From positions 11,687 through 75,686 of the forward strand of contig JAYZFK010000024.1 in the NCBI GenBank assembly GCA_036336835.1: 64,000 bases of DNA, in the 5' to 3' direction. The position numbers and the translations under genes were made by a program. The notes under the pieces were generated by a model. The model had not been told where the DNA came from. It searched no databases and saw only the letters and a program-made list of their open reading frames with translations. Origin of the DNA: Myxococcota bacterium (GTDB taxonomy: Bacteria; Myxococcota_A; UBA9160; UBA4427). This document shows positions 38,324 to 47,045 of the stretch, in pieces (the stretch's first letter is position 1; every line of letters begins with the position of its first letter).

Positions 38324-39126
38324 CGCAGCTTCTCGGGGTTCTCGAGCCGCTGCTTGATCAGCTCCATCGTGATGCCCCCATACAGGCCGTCCGCCATCCG
38401 CTCGTCGTAGCTGTACTTGAGCTCGAAGTAGCGTGTCCCGTCGAGCCGAGTCTTGATCCTGCCCATCATCGCAAACGACGAGCACGTCCCGTACTCCCAA
38501 AGGTGGTGGTAACCGGCGTTCATGTCCACCGAGCCCAGATTCGCGGCGAACACGGAGGTGAACAGCGGATCGTCGTCGATCATCTTCTTGGGCAGCACTC
38601 CGAGCTGATTCGCCCAGTGCAAGGCCGCCACCCCCAGCCGGATCAGGAACGGCGGGAGCCGGAGCGCGAGGCTCATCTCGCCGTCGCTGCGCGTCTTCTC
38701 GCCGCCACGCCGACGTCGCAGGCGCACCAGGATGCCATCGACCATCTCCTCGAGCGAGCGGTCCTGGTCGAAGCGACGCTTCACCGTGACGAGCGGCGCC
38801 CCGTCCTCGAGCGCCATCTTGGCACTGAACGTGACCCATACCTCGCCGCGCTGCCACAGCCGCCCTCCCGCCACGAAGCGGTTGACGTGCGGTCGCTCGG
38901 CGAACCCCATCGCCAGCGCGCGCAGATACAGCGTGAACAGCGTGAGCTGGCGTTCGGGCGGGGCGCTGCGGTTGTACTCCTCGACGAATGCGAGCCCAGG
39001 CTCGGGATCGACCTCCATCATGTAGTAGACGAGCGATTCGTTGCGCCGCGGCGAGATGAATGGCATGAACGCCCGCATCGTCGACAGGTCACGCACGAGC
39101 TCTGCATCCGCTCGCCTACCGAACAT
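38320..39126 (-). CDS. Stand-alone 2-oxoacid dehydrogenase E2/CAT-like acyltransferase domain protein
   Basis: RPHVNRFVAGGRLWQR, ANLGS, YSYDERMADG; no lipoyl domain; GGAG SD. Confidence 0.75.
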   Translation of the reverse strand: MFGRRADAELVRDLSTMRAFMPFISPRRNESLVYYMMEVDPEPGLAFVEEYNRSAPPERQLTLFTLYLRALAMGFAERPHVNRFVAGGRLWQRGEVWVTFSAKMALEDGAPLVTVKRRFDQDRSLEEMVDGILVRLRRRRGGEKTRSDGEMSLALRLPPFLIRLGVAALHWANQLGVLPKKMIDDDPLFTSVFAANLGSVDMNAGYHHLWEYGTCSSFAMMGRIKTRLDGTRYFELKYSYDERMADGLYGGITMELIKQRLENPEKLR

Positions 39127-39787
39127 CGCTCTCCGCCTCCGTCGAGTTGCTCGACGACCCACCGTCCGGCGGACGCCACATGCGCCAGACGCGAACGCCC
39201 AGCACCCGCTCCGAGCCCACGACCACGTAGCCCGCGCGCTGGTAGAACGGCAGGTTCGCGGCTCGGTCGGTCTCCAGGTAGCTCGACGCGCCGTCCGCGT
39301 CGACTCGCTCGAGCAGCTCGCTCAGCAGCGCGGTGCCGAGCCCGCGGCCCTGCGCATCGGGCAGCGCGCCGAGCAGATCCAGGTACCAGTGGGATTCGAC
39401 GGGGTGGTGCCGAACGAGCTCGCTGTGTACGTGGCTCCAGCGTCGCGCTACGCGCCAGCCCTGCCCCAGCAAGCAGCGCAGCTGCGTCGCGAGTGACGGC
39501 AGGGGTAGCGGCCGAGCGCCCGGCGGCTCGGCGACGAGCACGGCGCGAATCGCGCCCGCCTCGCGGGCCACGCGACAGTGAGCGCGGCCGAGCGCGACTT
39601 CGAGCGACGTGCGGCTCCCAAAGCGATTGCAGCGCAGCCGCCGCGCGGCGGGCTCACCAATCACCGCCCGGTTGAGCGGGTTGTCCCGGAACGCCGCTGC
39701 CAGCACCTCGGCCGCCTCATCCCGCTCGCCGGGGCGGAGCGGCGCGAGATCGGGAGACACGGGCGAGCGGGCTATCGCCGAGGGCAT
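39116..39787 (-). CDS. GNAT family N-acetyltransferase
   Basis: HWYLDLLG..PDAQGRGLGTALL, YLET, NLPFYQRAGY. Confidence 0.9.
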   Translation of the reverse strand: MPSAIARSPVSPDLAPLRPGERDEAAEVLAAAFRDNPLNRAVIGEPAARRLRCNRFGSRTSLEVALGRAHCRVAREAGAIRAVLVAEPPGARPLPLPSLATQLRCLLGQGWRVARRWSHVHSELVRHHPVESHWYLDLLGALPDAQGRGLGTALLSELLERVDADGASSYLETDRAANLPFYQRAGYVVVGSERVLGVRVWRMWRPPDGGSSSNSTEAESDVR

Positions 39788-39887
39788 CACCAGGCAAGGT
39801 AGCGACCCGGGGACGCGGGCCGCCGTTCCCCGCCGGGAATTGCGCCTGGGGATCAAGCGAGTCTCGAGCGGGCCCGATATAGGGGAG

Positions 39888-41186
39888 ATGCGAAGCGGCG
39901 AGATCTGCAGGCTGGCCGACCAGGCGAGCTGGGCGCAGCGCGAGGGCAACCCCGCGCGCGTGGCCGAGGCGCTCGAGCGGCTGTGCGAGCTCGAGCCCGA
40001 CGATCCCGGGGCCTGGAAGGGGCGGGGGCGGGCCTACCAGGAGCTCGGGCGTCCGCTCGAGGCGGTCGCCGCCCTGGTCCGCGCCGCCGGCCTCTACACG
40101 GAAGCCGGCGCGGGGATTCAGGCCATCGCCGTCTGCAAGTGGATCCTCGAGATCGACCCGACCCACACCGCAACGCTCGACCGGCTGACGCACCTGCAGC
40201 AGGTCGCGGACCTGCCGGGACCGGGGGGCCGGCGCACACCCGGCCGCGCCACGCACCGCGGCGCGCGCGGCGCTCCGATCGAGGAGCTGATGCTGCGCGA
40301 CGTCGTCGAGCCGGAGAGCGTCGCCGACGCGGCGGGCCTGCGCGAGATTCCGATCGAACGCGAGCCGGCCGGCCCGCTCGGCAACGAGGCGCAGCAGACC
40401 GCGCGCGGCCTGGTGTCGACACCCCTGTTCCGCTGCCTCGGTGCGCGCGCATTGCGCCGGCTGATCGCGGCCACTCGCCTCGTGCGGCTGTCCGAGGGAC
40501 AGGTCTTGTTCCGACAGGGCGATCCGGCAGACGCCCTGTACGTCGTCTCCGAGGGGGCCGTGGTACTGATCGCCGACCCCGGCGCGCCGCAGCGGCTCGC
40601 GGTGTTCGAGCCCGGCGACTTCTTCGGCGAGGTCGCACTCCTCGCGGACCAGCCGCGCAACGCGACGATCCAGGCACTGATCGACACCCAGCTCCTGGCG
40701 ATCGACCGCGAGGTGATCGGGGATCTGCTCGCGGACGAGCCCGAGGTCCTCGCGGGGATGCTGCGCTTCCTGCGCGAGCGACTGGTGGCCCGCCTGATTC
40801 GCACGAGCCCGGTATTCGCAGGGATCGGTCACGCCGAGGGCGCGCAGCTGGCCCGCGCGTTCCGGTTGATGGAGGTGCAGGAGGGTGCCGTGCTGATCGA
40901 ACAGGCGGCCCCCTCGTGCGGGCTGTTCCTGGTACTGGCCGGCGAGCTGCGCGTGATCGAAGAGCAGCCGGACTGCGACAAGGAGATCGCGACCCTGCAC
41001 GCGGGAGACCCGTGCGGCGAGATGTCGCTGCTCGACGCCGCACCCGCCGTTGCGAGCGTCGTTGCCGCGCGCAAGTCGTGGCTGCTGCTGCTTCCGCGCG
41101 ACGAGTTCGACCGGGTCCTGAAAGCGCACCCGCGCCTCGACGAGCGCCTCGCATCGATCGCGGACGCGCGCCGGAGGCAGCGGTGA
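39888..41186 (+). CDS. TPR plus tandem cyclic-nucleotide-binding domain protein
   Basis: N-terminal TPRs; LFRQGDPADALYVV..GDFFGEVALL..PRNATI; second degenerate CNB GDPCGEMSLL..PAVASV. Confidence 0.88.
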   Translation: MRSGEICRLADQASWAQREGNPARVAEALERLCELEPDDPGAWKGRGRAYQELGRPLEAVAALVRAAGLYTEAGAGIQAIAVCKWILEIDPTHTATLDRLTHLQQVADLPGPGGRRTPGRATHRGARGAPIEELMLRDVVEPESVADAAGLREIPIEREPAGPLGNEAQQTARGLVSTPLFRCLGARALRRLIAATRLVRLSEGQVLFRQGDPADALYVVSEGAVVLIADPGAPQRLAVFEPGDFFGEVALLADQPRNATIQALIDTQLLAIDREVIGDLLADEPEVLAGMLRFLRERLVARLIRTSPVFAGIGHAEGAQLARAFRLMEVQEGAVLIEQAAPSCGLFLVLAGELRVIEEQPDCDKEIATLHAGDPCGEMSLLDAAPAVASVVAARKSWLLLLPRDEFDRVLKAHPRLDERLASIADARRRQR

Positions 41187-41254
41187 GCCCCCGCAGACCC
41201 GCGCCGGGTACACTCGCCAGCGACGCGGCCGAGCGGTACAGCGAGGAAATCCCC

Positions 41255-42883
41255 TTGGACAGCGACGCGCAGATCGCGCTCGAGCTTCGCTATGACGACG
41301 ACGGCAAGGAAATCCGGGTCGAGGTCGCCGGGCAGGATTTCCTGATCGGCCGCGGGCCGAGCTGCAGCCTGATCCTGACGGACGAGAGCGTCTCGCGGCG
41401 CCACGCCGAGATCACCCGAAGCGCCAAAGGATGGACGATCCGCGACCTGGGCTCCAAGAACGGGATCAAGGTCAACACCTACCGAACCGACCAGCACCCC
41501 CTGCGCAACGGCGATCGCATCGATATCGCAGCCGTCCGACTGTACGCGCGCATCGTGACGACCGGGCCAACGGCGCGCGCCAAGGTGGTGTTCGACCCGC
41601 GCGACAAGCGCCGCCACACGCAGATCCTCGACGTCGCCCGCCTCGACTCGATGCTCTCGTCACCGGCCATTCCCGGCGCCGGCGAAAGCTCGCCGCTCGC
41701 CGCGGGGTTGCGCGACCTCGACGACGCCGAGACGGGGCTGCGCCTGTTCAGCGACGCCGCCGAGGCGCTGATCTCCTGCGATTCGCTCGACGAGACGCTC
41801 GATCGGATCCTCGAGCTCGTATTCGGCAACCTGCCGGCAGACCGCGGCGTCATCTGCCTGTACGACGAAGATCGCAAGCAGACCTCGCCTCAGGTGATGC
41901 GTACGCAGGAGGGCAGCTCCGACGAGCCCATTCGGATCAGCAGCCACATCGCCAACGACGTGATCACGCGCAAGCGGTCACTGCTGGTCAACGACCCGCT
42001 GCGAGACGAGCGCTTCGGAGGCGCCGAGAGCGTGATCCTGATGAATATCCGCTCCGCGATGTGTGCGCCGCTGTATCGCCGGGGCCGCGTCATCGGCTTC
42101 GTGTACGTCGACCGCCAGAGCGCGCAGGATCCCTTCACGACTGCGCACCTGCACGCACTATCGACTCTCGGCATCCTGTCGGCGGTGGCAGTCGAGCAGG
42201 CATCCCTGCGCGACGGACTGCGCCGCGCGCAGGAAATCCGCTCGCGGCTCGCGCGCTACAGCTCGCCGACGGTCGTAGAGCGAATCGTCGCCGACGCCAG
42301 CGAGTCGGCAGCGATGATCACCGACGAAGCCGACGTGACAGTGGTCTTCGCCGATCTCACTGGTTTCACGGCCATGGCCGAGGCGCTCGAGCCGGGCGAG
42401 ACGGTGCGCGTGCTCAATCAGGTATTCGAGCGCATGACCGACGCCATCTTCGAGTTCGAGGGAACGCTCGACAAGTTTCGCGGGGATGGGCTGATGGCCT
42501 TCTTCGGAGCGCCACTACCATTGTCCGACCATGCGGAGCGCGCGGTCGCGGCGTCACTGCGCATGCAGGAGCTGCTCGCCGAGCTCAACTCCTACGCCGA
42601 GGACCGCCAGCTCCAGATGCGCATCGGCATCCACTCGGGCAACGTCATCGTCGGCGACATCGGCTCGCCCCAGCGCAAGGACTACACCGTGATCGGGGAC
42701 GTCGTAAACACCGCGAGCCGACTCGAGTCGTCGGTGGCGCTCCCCGGAGAGATCGTGATCGGCGAGGAGACCTGGAAGCGAGTGCGGGGTCGCTTCGACT
42801 GCGAGCCGCTCGAGCCCGCGCGGCTCAGGGGCAAGCGCCAGATCGTCCAGCCCTACCGGGTCGTCGGGCCGATCGAGACCTGA
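41255..42883 (+). CDS. FHA-GAF-class III adenylate cyclase (alternative start GTG 41183)
   Basis: FHA IGR..VSRRHA..DLGSKNG; GAF SAMCAPL..YVD; cyclase FADLTGFT, DKFRGDG, YTVIGDVVNTASRLES. Confidence 0.92.
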   Translation: MDSDAQIALELRYDDDGKEIRVEVAGQDFLIGRGPSCSLILTDESVSRRHAEITRSAKGWTIRDLGSKNGIKVNTYRTDQHPLRNGDRIDIAAVRLYARIVTTGPTARAKVVFDPRDKRRHTQILDVARLDSMLSSPAIPGAGESSPLAAGLRDLDDAETGLRLFSDAAEALISCDSLDETLDRILELVFGNLPADRGVICLYDEDRKQTSPQVMRTQEGSSDEPIRISSHIANDVITRKRSLLVNDPLRDERFGGAESVILMNIRSAMCAPLYRRGRVIGFVYVDRQSAQDPFTTAHLHALSTLGILSAVAVEQASLRDGLRRAQEIRSRLARYSSPTVVERIVADASESAAMITDEADVTVVFADLTGFTAMAEALEPGETVRVLNQVFERMTDAIFEFEGTLDKFRGDGLMAFFGAPLPLSDHAERAVAASLRMQELLAELNSYAEDRQLQMRIGIHSGNVIVGDIGSPQRKDYTVIGDVVNTASRLESSVALPGEIVIGEETWKRVRGRFDCEPLEPARLRGKRQIVQPYRVVGPIET

Positions 42884-42920
42884 CCCACTATCCTCGGGGG
42901 CGCCGAACGAGGAGCCCCCC

Positions 42921-44117
42921 ATGAGTGATCCCAACGCCTCCGTCGTCGAACGAGGCAGCGACGTGCTGGTCGGCAACTACGCGCGCGCACCGATCGCCGT
43001 GGTGCGCGGCGAAGGCTGCAATCTGTTCGATGCGGCGGGCCGGCGCTACCTGGACCTGATGGGCGGCATCGCGACCGTCGCGCTCGGCCACTCCCACCCG
43101 CGCGTGATGGCGGCGCTCGAGGAGCAGGCGCGCAAGCTGTGGCACGTCTCGAACCTGTTCGCGAGCGAGCCCCAGATCGAGGCGGCCGAGCGCATCGTCG
43201 CGCACTCGTTCGCCGAACGCGTCTTCTTCTGCAACTCGGGCGCCGAGGCCAACGAGGCCGCGCTCAAGCTCGCTCGGCGCTGGCATCGCGAGCACGGAGA
43301 CGATCGCTACGAGATCGTGGCGTTTCACGGGGGCTTCCACGGCCGCACGCTGCTCACCCTCTCCGCCACCGGTACGCCCGCCTATTGGGAGGGCTTCGAG
43401 CCGCTGGTTCCCGGCATCTCGTTCGCCGAGTTCGGCGACCTGGCGAGCGTCGAGTCGGTCCTCACGGATCGCACGGCCGCAATCCTGGTCGAGCCCGTGC
43501 AGGGCGAGAGCGGCGTGCGGCCCGCTCCGCCCGGCTTCCTGCAAGGCCTGCGCGAGCTCGCCAACCAGAACGGCGCGATCCTGATCTTCGACGAGATCCA
43601 GTGCGGCATCGGTCGCACGGGCACCCTGTTCGCCTACGAGCAGCACGGCGCGGTGCCGGACGTGATGACACTCGCCAAGGCGCTCGGCAACGGCATCCCG
43701 ATCGGTGCGACGTGCACGACCGAGCGCTTCGCCAAGGCGCTCGTGCCGGGTACGCACGGGTCGACGTTCGGCGGAAACCCGCTGGCGGCCGCCTGCGCCA
43801 GCGCCGTGCTCGCCGAGCTCACCGAGGGCGGTGTGCTCGAGCACGCACAGCAAGTCGGAGCCTGGCTCGACGATCAGCTCGCGGCCATGGCCGCGCGGCT
43901 CGGCGACAAGGTGGTCGAGCTGCGTGGCGTCGGCCACCTGCGCGCGATCGAGCTGCCGGGCCCCGCGGCAGACGTCGTCGCCGCCTGCCGCGAACAGGGG
44001 GTGCTGGTCATCCAGGCGGGCCCGAACAACGTGCGACTGGCGCCCGCCCTGGTGATCACATGCGACGAACTCGCGACGGGGCTCGACGTCCTCGAGCGCG
44101 CCATCGCCGCCTGCTAA
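42921..44117 (+). CDS. argD: Acetylornithine aminotransferase
   Basis: FCNSGAEANEAALK, FHGRT, EPVQGESG, DEIQCGIGRTG, LAKALGNG, HGSTFGGNP. Confidence 0.9.
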   Translation: MSDPNASVVERGSDVLVGNYARAPIAVVRGEGCNLFDAAGRRYLDLMGGIATVALGHSHPRVMAALEEQARKLWHVSNLFASEPQIEAAERIVAHSFAERVFFCNSGAEANEAALKLARRWHREHGDDRYEIVAFHGGFHGRTLLTLSATGTPAYWEGFEPLVPGISFAEFGDLASVESVLTDRTAAILVEPVQGESGVRPAPPGFLQGLRELANQNGAILIFDEIQCGIGRTGTLFAYEQHGAVPDVMTLAKALGNGIPIGATCTTERFAKALVPGTHGSTFGGNPLAAACASAVLAELTEGGVLEHAQQVGAWLDDQLAAMAARLGDKVVELRGVGHLRAIELPGPAADVVAACREQGVLVIQAGPNNVRLAPALVITCDELATGLDVLERAIAAC

Positions 44118-44142
44118 CCGCCGTCTTTCCGAGGAGCCCGTC

Positions 44143-45105
44143 ATGATCCCCGAGCGCTACGCGAGCTACCAGAAGACCGTCACAGTCGGCACCGTCAACT
44201 TCATGTCCACGCCGGGCGACAAGGCCGACAACCTCGCGAAGATCGAGGCAAACGTTCGTGAGGCCGCGGCACAGGGTGTCGATATCGTGGCCTTCCCCGA
44301 AGAGGCGTTGATCGGCTGCGGCGGCTGCGACGTCTGCAGCACGGGTGCGCCTCACTGCGAGTACCACGACTCGCTCGCGGAGACCGTCCCCGGGCCCTCG
44401 ACCGAGCGGATTGCCGAGCTCGCACGCGAGCTCGATCTGTACGTCGTGTTCGGGCTGGCCGAACGCGATACCAGCGACGCGAGCGTGTTGTACAACGCGG
44501 CCGCCGTCATCGGTCCCGAGGGCATCCAGGGCACCTACCGCAAGCTCCACCTCGGATCGCTGCCGTGGGTGACGGAGGGTGTGACCTTCGCACCCGGCAA
44601 TCTCCTGCCGGTGTTCGAGACGCGGTTCGGACCGATCGGCGTGATCATCTGTTACGACTTCTGGTTCAACCCCGAGCTCACGCGCCTGCTCGCCCTCAAG
44701 GGCGCGCGGCTGATCGTCAACTGCTGCGCCACGTTCTCCGGTCCCGGGAAACGCGAGTACATGATCCACACCACGTCGACCCGGGCGCAGGAGAACCTGT
44801 GTTACGTGGCGAGCGCCAATCAGTGCGGCGGCCCGGATTCGTCGGGAAGCTATGGCGCCGGACAGCTCGACGAACGTCGCGCAGCCGAGTTCCTCGGACA
44901 CAGCACGATCGCGGGCCCGGCCTTCCCGCGCTTCAGCCACGTGTACGCCGAGGCCGGCGACGGCGAGGAGCTCGTCTCGGCCACGCTGAGCTTCGAGAAG
45001 CTCCACCGCTGGGAGAGCATCTTCCCGTGGCGCGACTGGCGTGCAACGCATCAGGCCGGCACATCGCGGCTGATCGCCGACGAGTTCCGCAAGCTGGCTC
45101 CCTGA
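44143..45105 (+). CDS. Carbon-nitrogen hydrolase (nitrilase superfamily)
   Basis: Glu-Lys-Cys triad in FPEE, YRKLHL, ICYD. Confidence 0.9.
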   Translation: MIPERYASYQKTVTVGTVNFMSTPGDKADNLAKIEANVREAAAQGVDIVAFPEEALIGCGGCDVCSTGAPHCEYHDSLAETVPGPSTERIAELARELDLYVVFGLAERDTSDASVLYNAAAVIGPEGIQGTYRKLHLGSLPWVTEGVTFAPGNLLPVFETRFGPIGVIICYDFWFNPELTRLLALKGARLIVNCCATFSGPGKREYMIHTTSTRAQENLCYVASANQCGGPDSSGSYGAGQLDERRAAEFLGHSTIAGPAFPRFSHVYAEAGDGEELVSATLSFEKLHRWESIFPWRDWRATHQAGTSRLIADEFRKLAP

Positions 45106-45120
45106 CGCAGGGGTGCGCGC

Positions 45121-46497
45121 TCAGGGCTCGACGTAGCCCAGGTGCTCGAGCTGGCGCCGCTCCTCGGGGTCGGGTGACAGCGGTGCGGCGCTCGGCGCGG
45201 CGCCCGGCACCTGCCCGGCCCGGATTGCCTGTGTCCGCTGGCGCCACGCGGAGCGCAACGCTGCGACCCGCTCCGGCTCCAGCAGGCTCACATCGTGCTC
45301 CTCGGAGGGGTCGTCGCGGAGCCGAAACAGCTGCTCGGCCCCCGTCTCGAGCTCGCGCACGTACTTGTGCCGCGGGGAGCGCAGCGCCACGAACCGCTGC
45401 GGATAGGTCGAAGGGTTCGATACCAGCAGCGGGGCACCACCCGGCGGCCCGGCCAGCAGATCGCTCCCCGAGAGGTTTGCCGGCGCGGCAACTCCCGCCA
45501 TCGCCAGGAGTGTCGGCAACGTGTCGAGGTTGCTGACCTGGACGTCGGACGAGCGCGCTTTGCGCATCGCGGACCGGGGCGGCTTCACGACCAGCGGGAC
45601 GCGCAGGCTCGCGTCATAGACGTACCAGCCGTGCTCGAAGTAGTAGTCGTGCTCGCCGAGACTCTCGCCGTGGTCCGACGTGAACACGACGCCGCTCTTC
45701 GCATAGAGACCCTGCGAGCGCAGAAGATCGAGTACCGAGCCGAGCGCTTCGTCCATCGCCAGGATCTCGGCGTCGTACTGGCTCACGTACCACGCCACCC
45801 GATCCTCGTCACCCATCCGTTGATACGAGGGCAACGCGCCGAGCACGCGATTGGGCGGCACGCCCTCCGGCAGCTGGTAGTCGAGGGGAACCCGTCGCCG
45901 CTCCGCCTCGAACAGGGCGTCGCCGACGAAGCGGTCGCGCAGGTGCGCGGGCGGCGTGTAGGGACCGTGTGGATCGATGTAGTGGATCCAGACGAAGGTC
46001 GGCTGCGACCAGTCGTGGTCCGCGGCCCAGCCGCGGAACGCGTGCATCTGCGGCTCGAGGCTTCCGCGCTTGCCGAACTCGTCGTAGCGGTCGAAGCCGC
46101 GGCCGAAGCCCTTGCGGGCTGCCAGGATCGGATTCGCGACGAAGGCCGCCGTCGCGTAGCCGTCCGCCGAGAGCAGCTCGGCGATCAGCGGTGTCGTCTC
46201 GGACAACGCGAACCGGTTCGAGGTCAACCCGTGGCGCTCGGGCTCGAGCCCGGTGAGGTGCGAGGCGAGCGACGGCCCCGTCTTCGGTACGAGTGTCACG
46301 GCCTGGCGAAACACCAGACCATCGGCTGCGAGCGCCTCGAGGTGGGGAGTCGTGCGACGCGCGTAGCCGTGCAGTGTCGTGTGATCGGCGCGCAGCGTGT
46401 CGGCCGTGATCAGGAACAGGTGCGGACGCTCGTCCGCACACCCGGGCCCCAGCAGGAGCAGCGCACAGACGACGGCGCTACGCGTCCGGGGCGGCAT
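45121..46497 (-). CDS. Sulfatase-like hydrolase/transferase, probable lipoprotein
   Basis: DTLRADH, TGPSLASHLTG, HYIDPHGPY, YDAEI, TSDHGE, LEHLGYV. Confidence 0.85.
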   Translation of the reverse strand: MPPRTRSAVVCALLLLGPGCADERPHLFLITADTLRADHTTLHGYARRTTPHLEALAADGLVFRQAVTLVPKTGPSLASHLTGLEPERHGLTSNRFALSETTPLIAELLSADGYATAAFVANPILAARKGFGRGFDRYDEFGKRGSLEPQMHAFRGWAADHDWSQPTFVWIHYIDPHGPYTPPAHLRDRFVGDALFEAERRRVPLDYQLPEGVPPNRVLGALPSYQRMGDEDRVAWYVSQYDAEILAMDEALGSVLDLLRSQGLYAKSGVVFTSDHGESLGEHDYYFEHGWYVYDASLRVPLVVKPPRSAMRKARSSDVQVSNLDTLPTLLAMAGVAAPANLSGSDLLAGPPGGAPLLVSNPSTYPQRFVALRSPRHKYVRELETGAEQLFRLRDDPSEEHDVSLLEPERVAALRSAWRQRTQAIRAGQVPGAAPSAAPLSPDPEERRQLEHLGYVEP

Positions 46498-46957
46498 CCG
46501 AGCGCTCCCGCGCCGCCTCGCCGCGCGCGGACGGCGGACGGAATACCCAAAGCTCGCCGAACAGGAAGTTCAAACCCATCCCGGCGGCGATGCCGCCGAG
46601 GTTTGCGATGCGGTAATCGACCTCGAACCAGTACACCAGCCCCGCGAGCACCCCCGCGTTCACGCCGAGCGAGCTGAACAGGGTCGCGGCCTGGTACTGG
46701 AGAAACTTCTGGGCGATCCGCCGCAGCGAGCCGCCGAAGTCGTAGCGCCAGATCCAGATCGAGCTGAGCACGAAGTTGCTGAGGATGGCGCTCTCGATCG
46801 CGATCAGGCTCGCGCCCAGCAGCGGCCAGCCCAGCACGCCGTGCAGCCCCATGAGCAGCGACTGGTTCACGACGACGCCGCTGGCGCCCACCACGCCAAA
46901 GCGCGCGAACCGGAGGGCCCGATCGAGCAGGGCCTGGCTCCGACCGCTTCGCGCCAC
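46478..46957 (-). CDS. GtrA family protein (lipid-linked sugar translocase-like)
   Basis: RFARFGVVGASGVVVN, SNFVL, NFLFGELWVF; 4 TM segments. Confidence 0.82.
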   Translation of the reverse strand: MARSGRSQALLDRALRFARFGVVGASGVVVNQSLLMGLHGVLGWPLLGASLIAIESAILSNFVLSSIWIWRYDFGGSLRRIAQKFLQYQAATLFSSLGVNAGVLAGLVYWFEVDYRIANLGGIAAGMGLNFLFGELWVFRPPSARGEAARERSDAAPDA

Positions 46958-47045
46958 GCGCGCAAGGTATCCCAGCCCCTCGCGTCTGACGAACCCGCGC
47001 GCGCGAGCACGACGGCGTGCGAGCGGAGCCGGAAATCTCGACGCG

